NCBI GenBank assembly: GCA_035513335.1 | Contig: DATKCE010000021.1 | Span: forward strand, 5,745 to 69,744 | Reading direction: 5' to 3' | DNA: 64,000 bases | Source: Acidimicrobiia bacterium | GTDB lineage: Bacteria > Actinomycetota > Acidimicrobiia > Spongiisociales > ZC4RG35 | Part shown: positions 46,476 through 56,224 of the stretch, one piece after another | How positions within the stretch are numbered: the first letter of the stretch is position 1 | Layout: every line of letters starts with the position of its first letter | Program-made: the position numbers and the translations under genes | Notes under the pieces: model-generated | Databases searched by the model: none | Told to the model about the DNA's origin: nothing | Seen by the model: the letters and a program-made list of their open reading frames with translations, nothing else

Positions 46476-48026
46476 TTGGGAACAGAGGCGCGCATCGACC
46501 AATTGAGGACGCTGAGAGAAGAGGCCCTCCACGCCGGGACCCAGCGCGCCGTGGCCCGCCAGCACGAGGCGGGGAAGCTCACCGCCCGTGAGCGCATCGA
46601 CATCCTCTTGGACAAGGACTCCTTCAACGAGATCGATCAGTTCGTCAAGCACCAGTCGATCGGATTCGGGATCGAGGACAAGAAGCCGCCCGGTGACGCG
46701 GTCGTCACCGGTCATGGCACCATCGACGGACGACCAGTCTTCGTGTTCGCCGAGGACTTCACCGTTTTCGGCGGGAGCCTGGGCGAGGTGGTCGCCGACA
46801 AGATCTGCAAGATCCTCGACATGGCCCTCGACACCGGTGCCCCTGTGATCGGTCTCAAGGACTCAGGCGGAGCCCGGATCCAGGAAGGGGTCTCCTCACT
46901 CGACGGCTACGGGCGGATCTTCGAGCGCAACGTCAGGGCCAGCGGGGTCATCCCTCAGATCTCGGTGATCATGGGGCCCTGCGCCGGCGGCGCCGTCTAC
47001 TCCCCCGCCCTCACCGACTTCGTCTTCCAAGTCGACAAGACGTCGCACATGTTCATCACCGGCCCCGACGTCATCAAAGCGGTCACCGGGGAAGAGGTCA
47101 CCATGGAAGACCTGGGAGGCGCGGGAGCCCACGCCGCCAAGTCGGGGGTGACCCACTTCGTCTACCCGACGGGGAAGGACGCGCTGGAGGCGGTGCGCTA
47201 CCTGCTCTCGTTCCTCCCCCGCAACAACATGGAGCTGCCCCCCTACTACGCCCCCGCCGACCGCAACGACCGCTCCGACGACAGTCTCGACTCGATCATC
47301 CCCGACGAGTCGAACCAGCCCTACGACATGCGCAACGTCATCGAGACGGTGCTCGACTCGGAGGAATTCTTCGAAGTCCACGAGCAGTGGGCGAAAAACA
47401 TCATCGTCGGATTCGGGCGCCTCGACGGCCATGCCGTGGGCATCGTCGCCAACCAGCCCGCGGTGCTCGCCGGCACCCTCGACATCACCGCCTCGGAGAA
47501 GGCGGCACGCTTCGTCCGTTTCTGCGATGCGTTCAACATCCCCATTCTCACGTTCGTCGACGTCCCCGGCTTTCTTCCGGGAGTCGACCAGGAGCACGGC
47601 GGGATCATCCGTCATGGAGCCAAGCTCCTCTACGCGTACTGTGAGGCCACGGTGCCGAGGATCTCGGTGATCACCCGCAAGGCCTATGGAGGTGCCTATC
47701 TGGTGATGAACGCCCGCGGCGTGCGCGCCGACCTGGTCTTCGCCTGGCCGTCCGCCGAGATCGCGGTGATGGGCGCCCAGGGAGCGGTCAACATCATCCA
47801 CCGCCGCGAGCTGGCCGCATCCGACGACCCCGAGGCGCGGAGGTCCGAACTGATCGCCGACTACGAGCAGCGCTTCAACAACCCCTACGTGGCCGCGGAG
47901 CTGGGGCTGGTCGACGACATCATCGAGCCCCGCGAGACTCGGGTGAAGCTGATCCGCGCCATGGAGATGCTGCGCACCAAACGGGAGACGCTGCCACCGA
48001 AAAAGCACGGCAACGGGCCACAATGA
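46476..48026 (+). CDS. acyl-CoA carboxylase carboxyltransferase (beta) subunit
   Basis: 516 aa. The two crotonase-like halves are typical of PccB/AccD5. Substrate not assignable by eye. Confidence 0.92.
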   Translation: MGTEARIDQLRTLREEALHAGTQRAVARQHEAGKLTARERIDILLDKDSFNEIDQFVKHQSIGFGIEDKKPPGDAVVTGHGTIDGRPVFVFAEDFTVFGGSLGEVVADKICKILDMALDTGAPVIGLKDSGGARIQEGVSSLDGYGRIFERNVRASGVIPQISVIMGPCAGGAVYSPALTDFVFQVDKTSHMFITGPDVIKAVTGEEVTMEDLGGAGAHAAKSGVTHFVYPTGKDALEAVRYLLSFLPRNNMELPPYYAPADRNDRSDDSLDSIIPDESNQPYDMRNVIETVLDSEEFFEVHEQWAKNIIVGFGRLDGHAVGIVANQPAVLAGTLDITASEKAARFVRFCDAFNIPILTFVDVPGFLPGVDQEHGGIIRHGAKLLYAYCEATVPRISVITRKAYGGAYLVMNARGVRADLVFAWPSAEIAVMGAQGAVNIIHRRELAASDDPEARRSELIADYEQRFNNPYVAAELGLVDDIIEPRETRVKLIRAMEMLRTKRETLPPKKHGNGPQ

Positions 48027-49753
48027 AGAGCCTTCTCGTCGCCAACCGTGGCGAGATCGCGGTCCGAGTAATCCGCACCGCACGCGAGATGGGACTGCGG
48101 ACCATCGCCGTCTTCTCGGAGCTCGATCGAGACGCGTTGCACGTCGATCTCGCCGACGAGGCGTGGAATGCGGGGCCGGCCCCGGCGTCGGAGAGCTACC
48201 TCAACCAGGAGGCGATCCTCCGTATCGCCCATGAGTCTGGTGCGGAGGCGATCCACCCCGGATATGGGTTCCTGTCGGAGAACGCCCAGTTCGCCCGGGC
48301 GGTGGAGGAGGCGGGGATCATCTGGGTCGGCCCCTCCGGAGACGCCATCGAGGCCATGGGCGACAAGATCACCTCCCGGCGCAATGCCGAGGCCCACGGC
48401 GTCCCCACCGTCCCCGGGATCACCGACCCGGTGACCACGATCGAGGAGGTGGCGGCCATCGCCGAGGAGTTCGGATACCCGGTGGCGATCAAGGCGGCCC
48501 ACGGAGGCGGCGGCAAGGGCCTGAGGGTGGTCCGCAACCCCAAGGAGGTCGCCGACGCCTTCGAGGGGGCGCGGCGCGAGGCCGACGCCTACTTCGGCAA
48601 TCCCGAGGTCTACGTGGAGAAGTACCTGGAGAAATCGCGTCACGTGGAGGCACAGATCCTCTTCGACAAGCACGGCAACGGCGTCTTCCTCGGGGAGAGG
48701 GACTGCTCGGTGCAACGTCGTCACCAGAAGCTCATCGAGGAGACCCCCTCTCCCGGGCTCACCTCCAGACTGCGCAGGGCCTTGTCGAAGGCGGCTCTCG
48801 ACGTCGGCAAGTCGTGCGACTACGTCAACGCCGGGACGGTCGAGTTCTTGATGGACCAGGAGGGCCACTTCTACTTCCTCGAGATGAACACCCGGCTCCA
48901 GGTGGAGCACACCGTGACCGAGATGGTCACCGGGCTCGACCTGGTGGCCTGGCAGCTGCGCATCGCCCGTGGGGAGAAGATAGAGCTCAAGGAGGTGGGA
49001 CCGAGGGGGCACGCCATCGAGTTCCGCATCAACGCAGAGGATCCTTACAACGGCTACCTGCCCACGCCGGGCCAGGTTGTCGAGTGGGAGGAGCCGGCGG
49101 GCCCGGGGGTGCGGGTCGACTCCTGGATCCGGCCGGGCACCAACGTCTCGCAGTACTACGACAACCTGCTGGCGAAGCTGGTTGTCTGGGGCCCCGACCG
49201 GGAGTCGGCGATCAACCGGGGGCGGAGAGCGCTGGAGGAGTTCATCGTTCGAGGGGTGGCCACCACTATCCCCGCCCACCTGGCCGTGCTGGATCACGAC
49301 GACTTCGTCGCCGGCAGGCACCACACCAAGTGGATGGAGGAGGTGCTGTCCTTGGAGAGCTCCGACCCGACGGTGGCACCCACCCTCCCCGAGGAGGAGG
49401 AGCTGACCAAGCGGGACATCACCGTCGAGATAGGAGGCCGTCGTTTCCGGGTGGCCTACTGGGCGCCGGAGCCCGCCGCCGGTGGCCAGGTGCGAAGACG
49501 CCCGCCCAGACTCGCCGCATCCGGACAGTCGGCGGCGGCCGACGGCATGGTCACGGCCCCCATGCAGGGAACGATCGTCAAGATCCACGTGAGGGCCGGT
49601 GAAACCGTCGAAGTCGGCGACCCGATCTGCGTCCTCGAGGCGATGAAGATGGAGAACGAGGTGGTCTCACCCGCCGCCGGCGACGTCGTCGACCTCCGCG
49701 TCGAGACCGGCGACACGGTCGCCTCCGGCCAGGTCATCGCCATCATCAAATAG
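48023..49753 (+). CDS. acyl-CoA carboxylase alpha subunit (biotin carboxylase + BCCP)
   Basis: 576 aa with N-terminal LLVANRGEIAVRVIRT and the C-terminal biotinylation motif EAMKMENE. ATGA overlap with the beta subunit. Confidence 0.92.
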   Translation: MKSLLVANRGEIAVRVIRTAREMGLRTIAVFSELDRDALHVDLADEAWNAGPAPASESYLNQEAILRIAHESGAEAIHPGYGFLSENAQFARAVEEAGIIWVGPSGDAIEAMGDKITSRRNAEAHGVPTVPGITDPVTTIEEVAAIAEEFGYPVAIKAAHGGGGKGLRVVRNPKEVADAFEGARREADAYFGNPEVYVEKYLEKSRHVEAQILFDKHGNGVFLGERDCSVQRRHQKLIEETPSPGLTSRLRRALSKAALDVGKSCDYVNAGTVEFLMDQEGHFYFLEMNTRLQVEHTVTEMVTGLDLVAWQLRIARGEKIELKEVGPRGHAIEFRINAEDPYNGYLPTPGQVVEWEEPAGPGVRVDSWIRPGTNVSQYYDNLLAKLVVWGPDRESAINRGRRALEEFIVRGVATTIPAHLAVLDHDDFVAGRHHTKWMEEVLSLESSDPTVAPTLPEEEELTKRDITVEIGGRRFRVAYWAPEPAAGGQVRRRPPRLAASGQSAAADGMVTAPMQGTIVKIHVRAGETVEVGDPICVLEAMKMENEVVSPAAGDVVDLRVETGDTVASGQVIAIIK

Positions 49754-49789
49754 CTGGGGGCCGGACCGGCTCACGGTGGGCGCACCAAC

Positions 49790-49834
49790 CGCGAACCCTG
49801 GGTTGCAGGCCCCGCTGAGCGAAGTCCAGCGCCC
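49790..49834. repeat. family-1 structured intergenic repeat, single copy, orientation B
   Basis: CGCGAACCCTGGGTTGCAGGCCCCGCTGAGCGAAGTCCAGCGCCCCGAGAACGCG. Shares the GTTCTCGGGG variant arm with copy 31404. Confidence 0.9.
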
Positions 49835-49885
49835 CGAGAACGCGAGGCCACGACAAGGGGGTTCCAGGGACCCGGCGCGCCCGGC

Positions 49886-50560
49886 ATGCTGGAACACGTG
49901 GGGATATCCAGACGGGTGCTCGAGCTCGCCGCCCAGCAAGGCGGGTACATCAGGCGCGACCAACTCATCGCCCAAGGTCTCTCGACGAGCGCCATCGACA
50001 GACGGGTGAACGAAGGCGTCATCTCCAAGGTGATCCCTGGCATCTACCAGGTCATTCCCACGTCCGACCACATCGACCTCATGCGAGGAGCCGTCCTAGC
50101 CCTCCCCGACGCGGTCGTCTCGCATCAGTCGGCGGCTCATCTCCTCCGCTTCCCCAGGAGCCCCGTTCTGGTCCCGACCGTAGTCGTCCCCAGCCACACG
50201 ACACATCGGTTTCCCGGAGTGATGGTCAGGAGATGCAACGACCTCATCGATGCCGACCTGGTGGAGGTCGGCGGGCTGCTCGTAACCAGCGTCCCCCGTA
50301 CCCTGTTCGCTCTCGGCGGGCTGCTGAGGTTCAGGGAGTTCGAGCCATCGGAGAGTCACTGGTCATCGCCGGGAGGATGGATCTCGACGAGTTCGAGGAT
50401 GTGACGAGTCGCCTGGCCAGACGGGGCAAGCCGGGGAGCCGGGCGGCGCATCACTTTCTCGAGATTCGCGCCGGAACCGATCGCAACGCCACCGTGCTCG
50501 AGCGCAAGGGACGGGCGATCCTGTCCACGGCCGGCCTACCCGATCCCCACCACCCGGGGC
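49886..50560 (+). pseudogene. AbiEi-antitoxin-like / DUF559-associated protein remnant (frameshifted and 3'-truncated)
   Basis: The N-terminal part is in track ORF 49886..50404. It continues in the frame of ORF 50233.. after about 50340 (RAIGESLVIAGRMDLDEFEDVTSRLARRGKPGSRAA...LERKGRAILSTAGLPDP). No endonuclease-like C-terminal domain follows before the convergent gene at 50583. Confidence 0.55.
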
Positions 50561-50582
50561 CACGGACCACCCCCGCCCCCCC

Positions 50583-51941
50583 CTACTCCGCGGCGTCGCT
50601 GATGGCTTCGATCATGGAGGGGTGGGCGAGGAGGGTCTCCACCAGGGTGTTGGTGGTCACCCGGGCCTGGACGGCGAGGGCGATGATGCCGATCAGCTCC
50701 GAAGCGCGGTGGCCGACGATGGTCCCGCCGAGGACGACACTGGTCGCCGGGTCGGAGGTCACCTTGACGAAGCCCCGGGTGAAGTCCTGCAGCACCGACC
50801 GGGCGTTCGAGGTGAACGGGACCTTCGTGGTCCGCACCTTGCGCCCCTGGGCGGCGGCGTCGACCTCGGCGAGGCCCACCGAGGCGATCTCCGGCTCGGT
50901 GAAGATGGCCTCGGTCACCTTGTCGAGGTCGAGCGGCTCCACGGGCAGACCCAACGCATGCCGGGCGATCTTGCGGCCCTGCATCGACGCCACCGAGCTC
51001 AACGGCATCTGCCCGGTGACGTCGCCGGCGGCATAGATGTGGGGGGCGCTGGTCCGCTGGAACTCGTCCACCGTGATGTACCCGTGGTCGGTATCCACGG
51101 CGGCGTTCTCGAGCCCGAGACCGTCGGTGAGCGGCACCGACCCGACCGCGAGCAGCGCATGCGAGCCGCGGATGACCCGACCGTCGTCGCAACGCACCGA
51201 GACGGTGTCTCCTTCGACGTCTATCGCCTCGGCCCGGGCGCCGATCACCAGATGCACGCCGCGTTCGATGAAGCCCTCCTCGAGGACGGCGGCGACTTCG
51301 GCGTCGCGGTGGGGAAGAATCTGCTGGCGGGAGACGACGAGAGACACCTCCGAGCCCATCGCCTCGAAGATGTGGGTGAATTCGACGCCGGTGACCCCGG
51401 AGCCGATCACGACAATGTGCTCGGGGACACCGTCGAGGTCGTAGCAGTCGCGGGTCGTCAGCACCCGCTTGCCGTCGACCGGAGCCCAGTCGGGCACCCT
51501 CGGCTTGGAGCCGGTCGACACCAGAGCCTTGTCGAAACCGAGCTGTCGCTCCCCGTCGACGGTGTCGGCCACGGCGGTGTGATGGCCAAGGAACCGACCC
51601 GTCCCCTCGACCAACTCGACCTTCTGGTCGATGAGCAAGTCGACCAGGTTGTCGTGGATGCTGGAGGTGACCTCCTTGATCCGGGCGGAGAGCATGTGGG
51701 GGTCGACCTCGCCGGGGTCGTTGATCAGTCCCAGCTTGACCGAGTTGCGCACCGAGGTGTGGCGGAGGGCACTGGCTGCCATCGTCTTCGAGGGGATGCA
51801 GTCCCAGAGATGGGCGGCCCCTCCCACGATGTCTTTCTCGACGAGGGTCACCCGGGCGCCGAGGGTGGCGGCGGTCGTGGCGGCCTGGGTACCGGCGGGT
51901 CCCCCGCCGATGATCAGTAGATCGCTCCTGTCCTCTGTCAT
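50583..51941 (-). CDS. NAD(P)H-quinone/dihydrolipoyl dehydrogenase family flavoprotein (LpdA-like)
   Basis: 452 aa with LLIIGGGPAG. The disulfide-motif position reads GGAAHLWDCIPSK, so the first Cys of CxxxxC is replaced. Confidence 0.88.
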   Translation of the reverse strand: MTEDRSDLLIIGGGPAGTQAATTAATLGARVTLVEKDIVGGAAHLWDCIPSKTMAASALRHTSVRNSVKLGLINDPGEVDPHMLSARIKEVTSSIHDNLVDLLIDQKVELVEGTGRFLGHHTAVADTVDGERQLGFDKALVSTGSKPRVPDWAPVDGKRVLTTRDCYDLDGVPEHIVVIGSGVTGVEFTHIFEAMGSEVSLVVSRQQILPHRDAEVAAVLEEGFIERGVHLVIGARAEAIDVEGDTVSVRCDDGRVIRGSHALLAVGSVPLTDGLGLENAAVDTDHGYITVDEFQRTSAPHIYAAGDVTGQMPLSSVASMQGRKIARHALGLPVEPLDLDKVTEAIFTEPEIASVGLAEVDAAAQGRKVRTTKVPFTSNARSVLQDFTRGFVKVTSDPATSVVLGGTIVGHRASELIGIIALAVQARVTTNTLVETLLAHPSMIEAISDAAE

Positions 51942-51953
51942 TCCGACTCGAAG

Positions 51954-53519
51954 CTACCCCGTGGGCCGATGCAGCCCGAAAACGTCACGCAATGCGTCGG
52001 ATACCTCGCCGATGGTGGCTCCCAGGGCGAGCGCCTCCCGCATGGCAGGCATCAAGTTGGCTTCGCCGGCGGCCACCTCACCGACCTGGGCCAGGGCGGC
52101 TTCCACCGCCTCCCGATCGCGCGCATCACGTCGCTCGACCAGAGCCTTCTTCTGCGTCTCCTCCAAGGCCGGGTCGACCTCGAGGATGGCGATCGGCTCC
52201 TCTTCGGAAGACTGGAAGCGGTTGACCCCGACCACCACCGACTTGCCGTCCGACTGTCGTCGCGCCTCTTCATACGCCGAGTCCTCGATCTGACCTTGCA
52301 TCCACCCTTCCTCGATGGCGGCCACCGCCCCTCCCATCCCGGCGATGGTGGCGATGAGCTCTTCGGCCTTCTCCTCGAGGGCGTCGGTGAGGCTCTCGAC
52401 GAAATACGACCCGGCGAGGGGGTCGACGGTGTTGGCGACACCCGACTCGTGGGCGATCACCTGCTGGGTCCGCAGCGCCACCAACGCCGACTCGTCGGTG
52501 GGGAGACCCAGCGCCTCGTCGTAGGCGTTGGTGTGAAGCGACTGGGTGCCCCCCAGCACTGCGGCGAGTGCCTGGAGGGTGGTCCTGACCACGTTGTTGA
52601 GCGGTTGTTGTGCGGTGAGCGTGGAGCCGGCGGTCTGGGTGTGGAACCGCATCGCCCACGACTTCGGATCGGCCGCCCCCACCTCCTTGCGCATGTGCCG
52701 GGCCCAGATCCGACGCGCGCTGCGGAACTTGGCCACCTCCTCGAAGAAGTCGTTGTGGCCGTTCCAGAAGAACGAGAGCCGGGGGGCGAACCGATCGACG
52801 TCGAGCCCGGCGTCGCGGGCCGCCTGGACGTAGGCGAGCCCGTTGGCGATGGTGAACGCCAGCTCCTGGGCGGCGGTGGCCCCTGCCTCGCGGATGTGAT
52901 AGCCGCTGATGGAGATGGTGTTCCACTGGGGGATGTGCTCGTCGGCGTACTCGAACACGTCGGTGACGAGACGCATCGAGGGTGCGGGTGGGTAGATGTA
53001 GGTCCCCCTGGCGACGTACTCCTTCAAGATGTCGTTCTGGATCGTCCCCCTGATCCGGTCGCCGCGGACCCCCTGCTCCTCGGCGACCAACTGGTAGAGC
53101 AGCAGCAACAGCGGTCCCGTGGCGTTGATGGTCATGCTGGTGGACACCTCGTCGAGGGGGATCCCGTCGAAGAGACGCCGCATGTCTTCGATGGAGTCGA
53201 TGGCGACCCCAACCTTTCCCACCTCGCCGGCGGCCAGGGGATGGTCGGAGTCGAGACCCATCTGGGTGGGGAGGTCGAAGGCGACACTCAACCCGGTCTG
53301 TCCCGCCTCCAGCAGGTCCTTGAACCGCCGGTTGGTCTCCTGGGCGGTGCCGAACCCCGAGTACTGGCGCATGGTCCACAGCCGCCCTCGATACATGCTG
53401 GGATACGGCCCCCGGGTGTACGGGTACTCGCCCGGGCTCCCGATACGTTCCGGGTCGGCCGGGGTCTCGTAGAGGACATCGACCTCGATACCGCTCGAGG
53501 TTCGACGGGTTTCACTCAT
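51954..53519 (-). CDS. methylmalonyl-CoA mutase family, catalytic (TIM-barrel) subunit without B12-binding domain
   Basis: 521 aa with [26 protein letters not shown] and an RIARNT-like region. It ends before any DxHxxG cobalamin domain. Confidence 0.9.
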   Translation of the reverse strand: MSETRRTSSGIEVDVLYETPADPERIGSPGEYPYTRGPYPSMYRGRLWTMRQYSGFGTAQETNRRFKDLLEAGQTGLSVAFDLPTQMGLDSDHPLAAGEVGKVGVAIDSIEDMRRLFDGIPLDEVSTSMTINATGPLLLLLYQLVAEEQGVRGDRIRGTIQNDILKEYVARGTYIYPPAPSMRLVTDVFEYADEHIPQWNTISISGYHIREAGATAAQELAFTIANGLAYVQAARDAGLDVDRFAPRLSFFWNGHNDFFEEVAKFRSARRIWARHMRKEVGAADPKSWAMRFHTQTAGSTLTAQQPLNNVVRTTLQALAAVLGGTQSLHTNAYDEALGLPTDESALVALRTQQVIAHESGVANTVDPLAGSYFVESLTDALEEKAEELIATIAGMGGAVAAIEEGWMQGQIEDSAYEEARRQSDGKSVVVGVNRFQSSEEEPIAILEVDPALEETQKKALVERRDARDREAVEAALAQVGEVAAGEANLMPAMREALALGATIGEVSDALRDVFGLHRPTG

Positions 53520-53595
53520 GACGGCTGTATCCTGACACTGTCCGGGATCGTAGGCGGGAACTACCCAGCCTTCCGGATCGTCTCAATACCCTCAG

Positions 53596-56217
53596 ATGGC
53601 CAGGAAAGCCCTCATCCACCAGATCGAGGCGCGGGAACGGCGAGGACGCTGGTTTGGCGCCTTGGCCACTCTCCTCTCGATTTCACTCCTCCTCTCCGGG
53701 TGGGTGGGTTTGTTCGCGTTCCTGGGAGCCAATTCGGCCTACGGGACGTTCGAGGAGGTCACCGCGGAGTGGGTCCCCGACACCCGGTCGATGGAGCTCA
53801 ACTTGCCCGACCTGAGCCGGGTGAGCCGGGTCTACGCCGACTCGGGCGAGGTGCTCGCCGAGCTCCACAACGGCCGCAACTCCGAGCCGATCCCCTACAG
53901 CCAAGTGCCCGAGGTGATGGTCCACGCCATCCTGGCGGCCGAGGACTCCTCGTTCTTCGAGCACGACGGGGTCGACTTCTCGGCCATCGCGTCGGCGGCC
54001 CTCGACAACCTCATCTACGACCAGACCCGGGGCGGGTCGACCATCACCCAGCAGGTGGCGAAGAACGCGTTCGTCGGCAACGAGATCAGCATAAGACGTA
54101 AGGTGAACGAGGCCTTCGTCGCCGCGGAGGTGGAGCGGCGCTTCTCCAAGGAGCGGATCCTCGAGTTCTACGTGAATTCGGTCTACTTCGGCGCTGGGGC
54201 CTACGGGGTGAAGACCGCCGCCGAGGAGTTCTTCGACAAGCCGCTGGGCGACATCCGCATCCATGAGGCGGCCGCCCTCGCGGTCCTGGTCCGCAACCCG
54301 TCCCTCTACAACCCCCGGACCCGGCCCGAGATCACCCTCGACCGCCGCAACCTGGTGATCATGGAGATGGAGGAGAACGGTTGGATCACCGAGGACGAGG
54401 CGGAACGAGCCATCGCCCAGCCCCTCGGTGTTGTCGACACGCCTCCCCGCCGCGGTCTCGCCGATCATGTCGTCGCCGAGGTGCGGCGCCAGATCCTCAA
54501 CGATCCCGAGTTCGCCTTCCTCGGCGACAGCAACGAGGAGCGGATCCAGGCGGTGTTCGGCTGTCCGGCCGACGACGTCGTCTGTGAGGGAGGTGGGGGC
54601 CTGCAGATCTACACCACCATCGACCTGAGGCTCCAGCAGGAGGCGAACCGGATCCTCCACGAGTGGCTGCCCCTGCCCCCTTATGAGGAGAACCTCGCCG
54701 CGTGCGGCGAGGTCTTCCCCGACTTCGACGAGAACCGGGCGTACTACGAGCGCTACGCCGAGACCCACTCCTGTCGTCCCACTGGTGCGATCGCCATGGT
54801 CGATAACCACACCGGTGCGGTGAAGGTGATGGCCTCGGGCATCGACTTCGAGTTCAGCCAGTTCGACCTGGCGATCCAGGGCCGGAGAAACCCGGGGTCG
54901 GCCTTCAAGGCGGTCGGCCTCGCCGCCGCCCTCGACCAGGGCTTCACCTTGGGTCACAGCTGGGCGGGGACCAGCCCACTCGAGATCGAATGCGAGTTCA
55001 TCTGCTCGCCCGCCGGGACCAACATCTGGACAGTCCACAACGCCAACCGCAGCTCGACCGGCGTGATCACCCTGGAGGAGGCCACCTACCGCTCGGTCAA
55101 CACGGTCTACGCCCAGGTGTCCCGTGACACCGGACCCGAGAACGTGGTGACGATGGCGCGTCGGATGGGCATCACCCAGGCCGCTCTCGACCCGGTGCTG
55201 TCACTCGTCCTCGGCGCCTCGGCTGTCTCGCCCCTCGAGATGGCCTCCGCCTACTCCAACTTCGCCACCAACGGTGTGCACGCCGACGACTACATCGTCG
55301 CCCGCATCGTCAACCACGAGGGCGAGGTGATCTACGAGAAGGAGCCTGAGATCACCCAGGTGGCCGACCCGGCCCTGTTCGCCGCGGCCCGACGCCCCCT
55401 GCTTCGGGTCCCCACCGAGGCCGGGACCGCGGCCCGGGCCAACATCGCACGTCCCCAAGGGGGCAAGACCGGGACCCACCAGAGCTATCTCGACGCCTGG
55501 TATGTTGGGTTCACCCCCGAATTCTCCACCGCGGTCTGGGTTGGCTATGAGGCCGAGCAGATCCCGCTCGAGAACCTGGTCATCAGAGGGCAGAACTACT
55601 CCCGGGTGTTCGGTGGCTCGGTGCCCGCCCCGATCTGGGCGGAGTTCATGTCGGTGGTCATGGAGGGGATGCCCGAGGCTGGCTTCCCTACAGACCCATC
55701 CAACATCGAGGACTATCTCGAGCCGCCGCCGACCCAGGTGCCGAGTGTGGTCGGACTCACCGAACGTCAGGCGGTCAGAGCCCTGCGCGTCGATGCCAAG
55801 CTCAACGTCAGCGTCCGGGCCATCGCTTCGACGGAGCCCGCCGGGATTGTTGTGAGACAAGGGATCCGAGCCGGAGCCACGGTGCCTCAGGGCACCACCG
55901 TGGCCATCTGGGTGTCCAACGGCGAGACCCCGGCGGGGCCACTCCCCGACTTCAGGGGGATGACCTTCGAGGAGGCGGAGGAACTGGCGCAAGAGTTCTC
56001 CTTCAACACCAACGTCCTGCTCAGCCTGATCACCGAAGAGGTCCCGGTCCAGGACCAGAGTCAGATCGGTCGTGTCGTCGACACCAACCCTGGCCCCGGA
56101 GCCGTCGTCTCGGAGTCTGCTCAGGTCGTCCTCCAGATCGGCGTGGAAGCACCGCCACCTCCGGATGAAGACGAGGACGACGAGGACGACGAGGACGACG
56201 AGGACGACGGCGGCTGA
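53596..56217 (+). CDS. class A penicillin-binding protein (transglycosylase/transpeptidase) with C-terminal PASTA-like region and acidic tail
   Basis: 873 aa. GT51 motifs (EDSSFFEHDGVD, GGSTITQQ), transpeptidase SAFK, KTGT, PASTA-like VPSVVGL..., and a tail PPPPDEDEDDEDDEDDEDDGG. Confidence 0.92.
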   Translation: MARKALIHQIEARERRGRWFGALATLLSISLLLSGWVGLFAFLGANSAYGTFEEVTAEWVPDTRSMELNLPDLSRVSRVYADSGEVLAELHNGRNSEPIPYSQVPEVMVHAILAAEDSSFFEHDGVDFSAIASAALDNLIYDQTRGGSTITQQVAKNAFVGNEISIRRKVNEAFVAAEVERRFSKERILEFYVNSVYFGAGAYGVKTAAEEFFDKPLGDIRIHEAAALAVLVRNPSLYNPRTRPEITLDRRNLVIMEMEENGWITEDEAERAIAQPLGVVDTPPRRGLADHVVAEVRRQILNDPEFAFLGDSNEERIQAVFGCPADDVVCEGGGGLQIYTTIDLRLQQEANRILHEWLPLPPYEENLAACGEVFPDFDENRAYYERYAETHSCRPTGAIAMVDNHTGAVKVMASGIDFEFSQFDLAIQGRRNPGSAFKAVGLAAALDQGFTLGHSWAGTSPLEIECEFICSPAGTNIWTVHNANRSSTGVITLEEATYRSVNTVYAQVSRDTGPENVVTMARRMGITQAALDPVLSLVLGASAVSPLEMASAYSNFATNGVHADDYIVARIVNHEGEVIYEKEPEITQVADPALFAAARRPLLRVPTEAGTAARANIARPQGGKTGTHQSYLDAWYVGFTPEFSTAVWVGYEAEQIPLENLVIRGQNYSRVFGGSVPAPIWAEFMSVVMEGMPEAGFPTDPSNIEDYLEPPPTQVPSVVGLTERQAVRALRVDAKLNVSVRAIASTEPAGIVVRQGIRAGATVPQGTTVAIWVSNGETPAGPLPDFRGMTFEEAEELAQEFSFNTNVLLSLITEEVPVQDQSQIGRVVDTNPGPGAVVSESAQVVLQIGVEAPPPPDEDEDDEDDEDDEDDGG

Positions 56218-56224
56218 TCACGTC

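Noticed and set aside
47885-49588. 567-aa minus-strand ORF, and 46896..48083
   Set aside because: It is antisense to the carboxylase alpha/beta genes and is Arg/Gly/Pro-rich.
51969-54101. 710-aa plus-strand ORF
   Set aside because: It is antisense to the mutase gene, then runs across the intergenic region into the PBP gene in a wrong frame.
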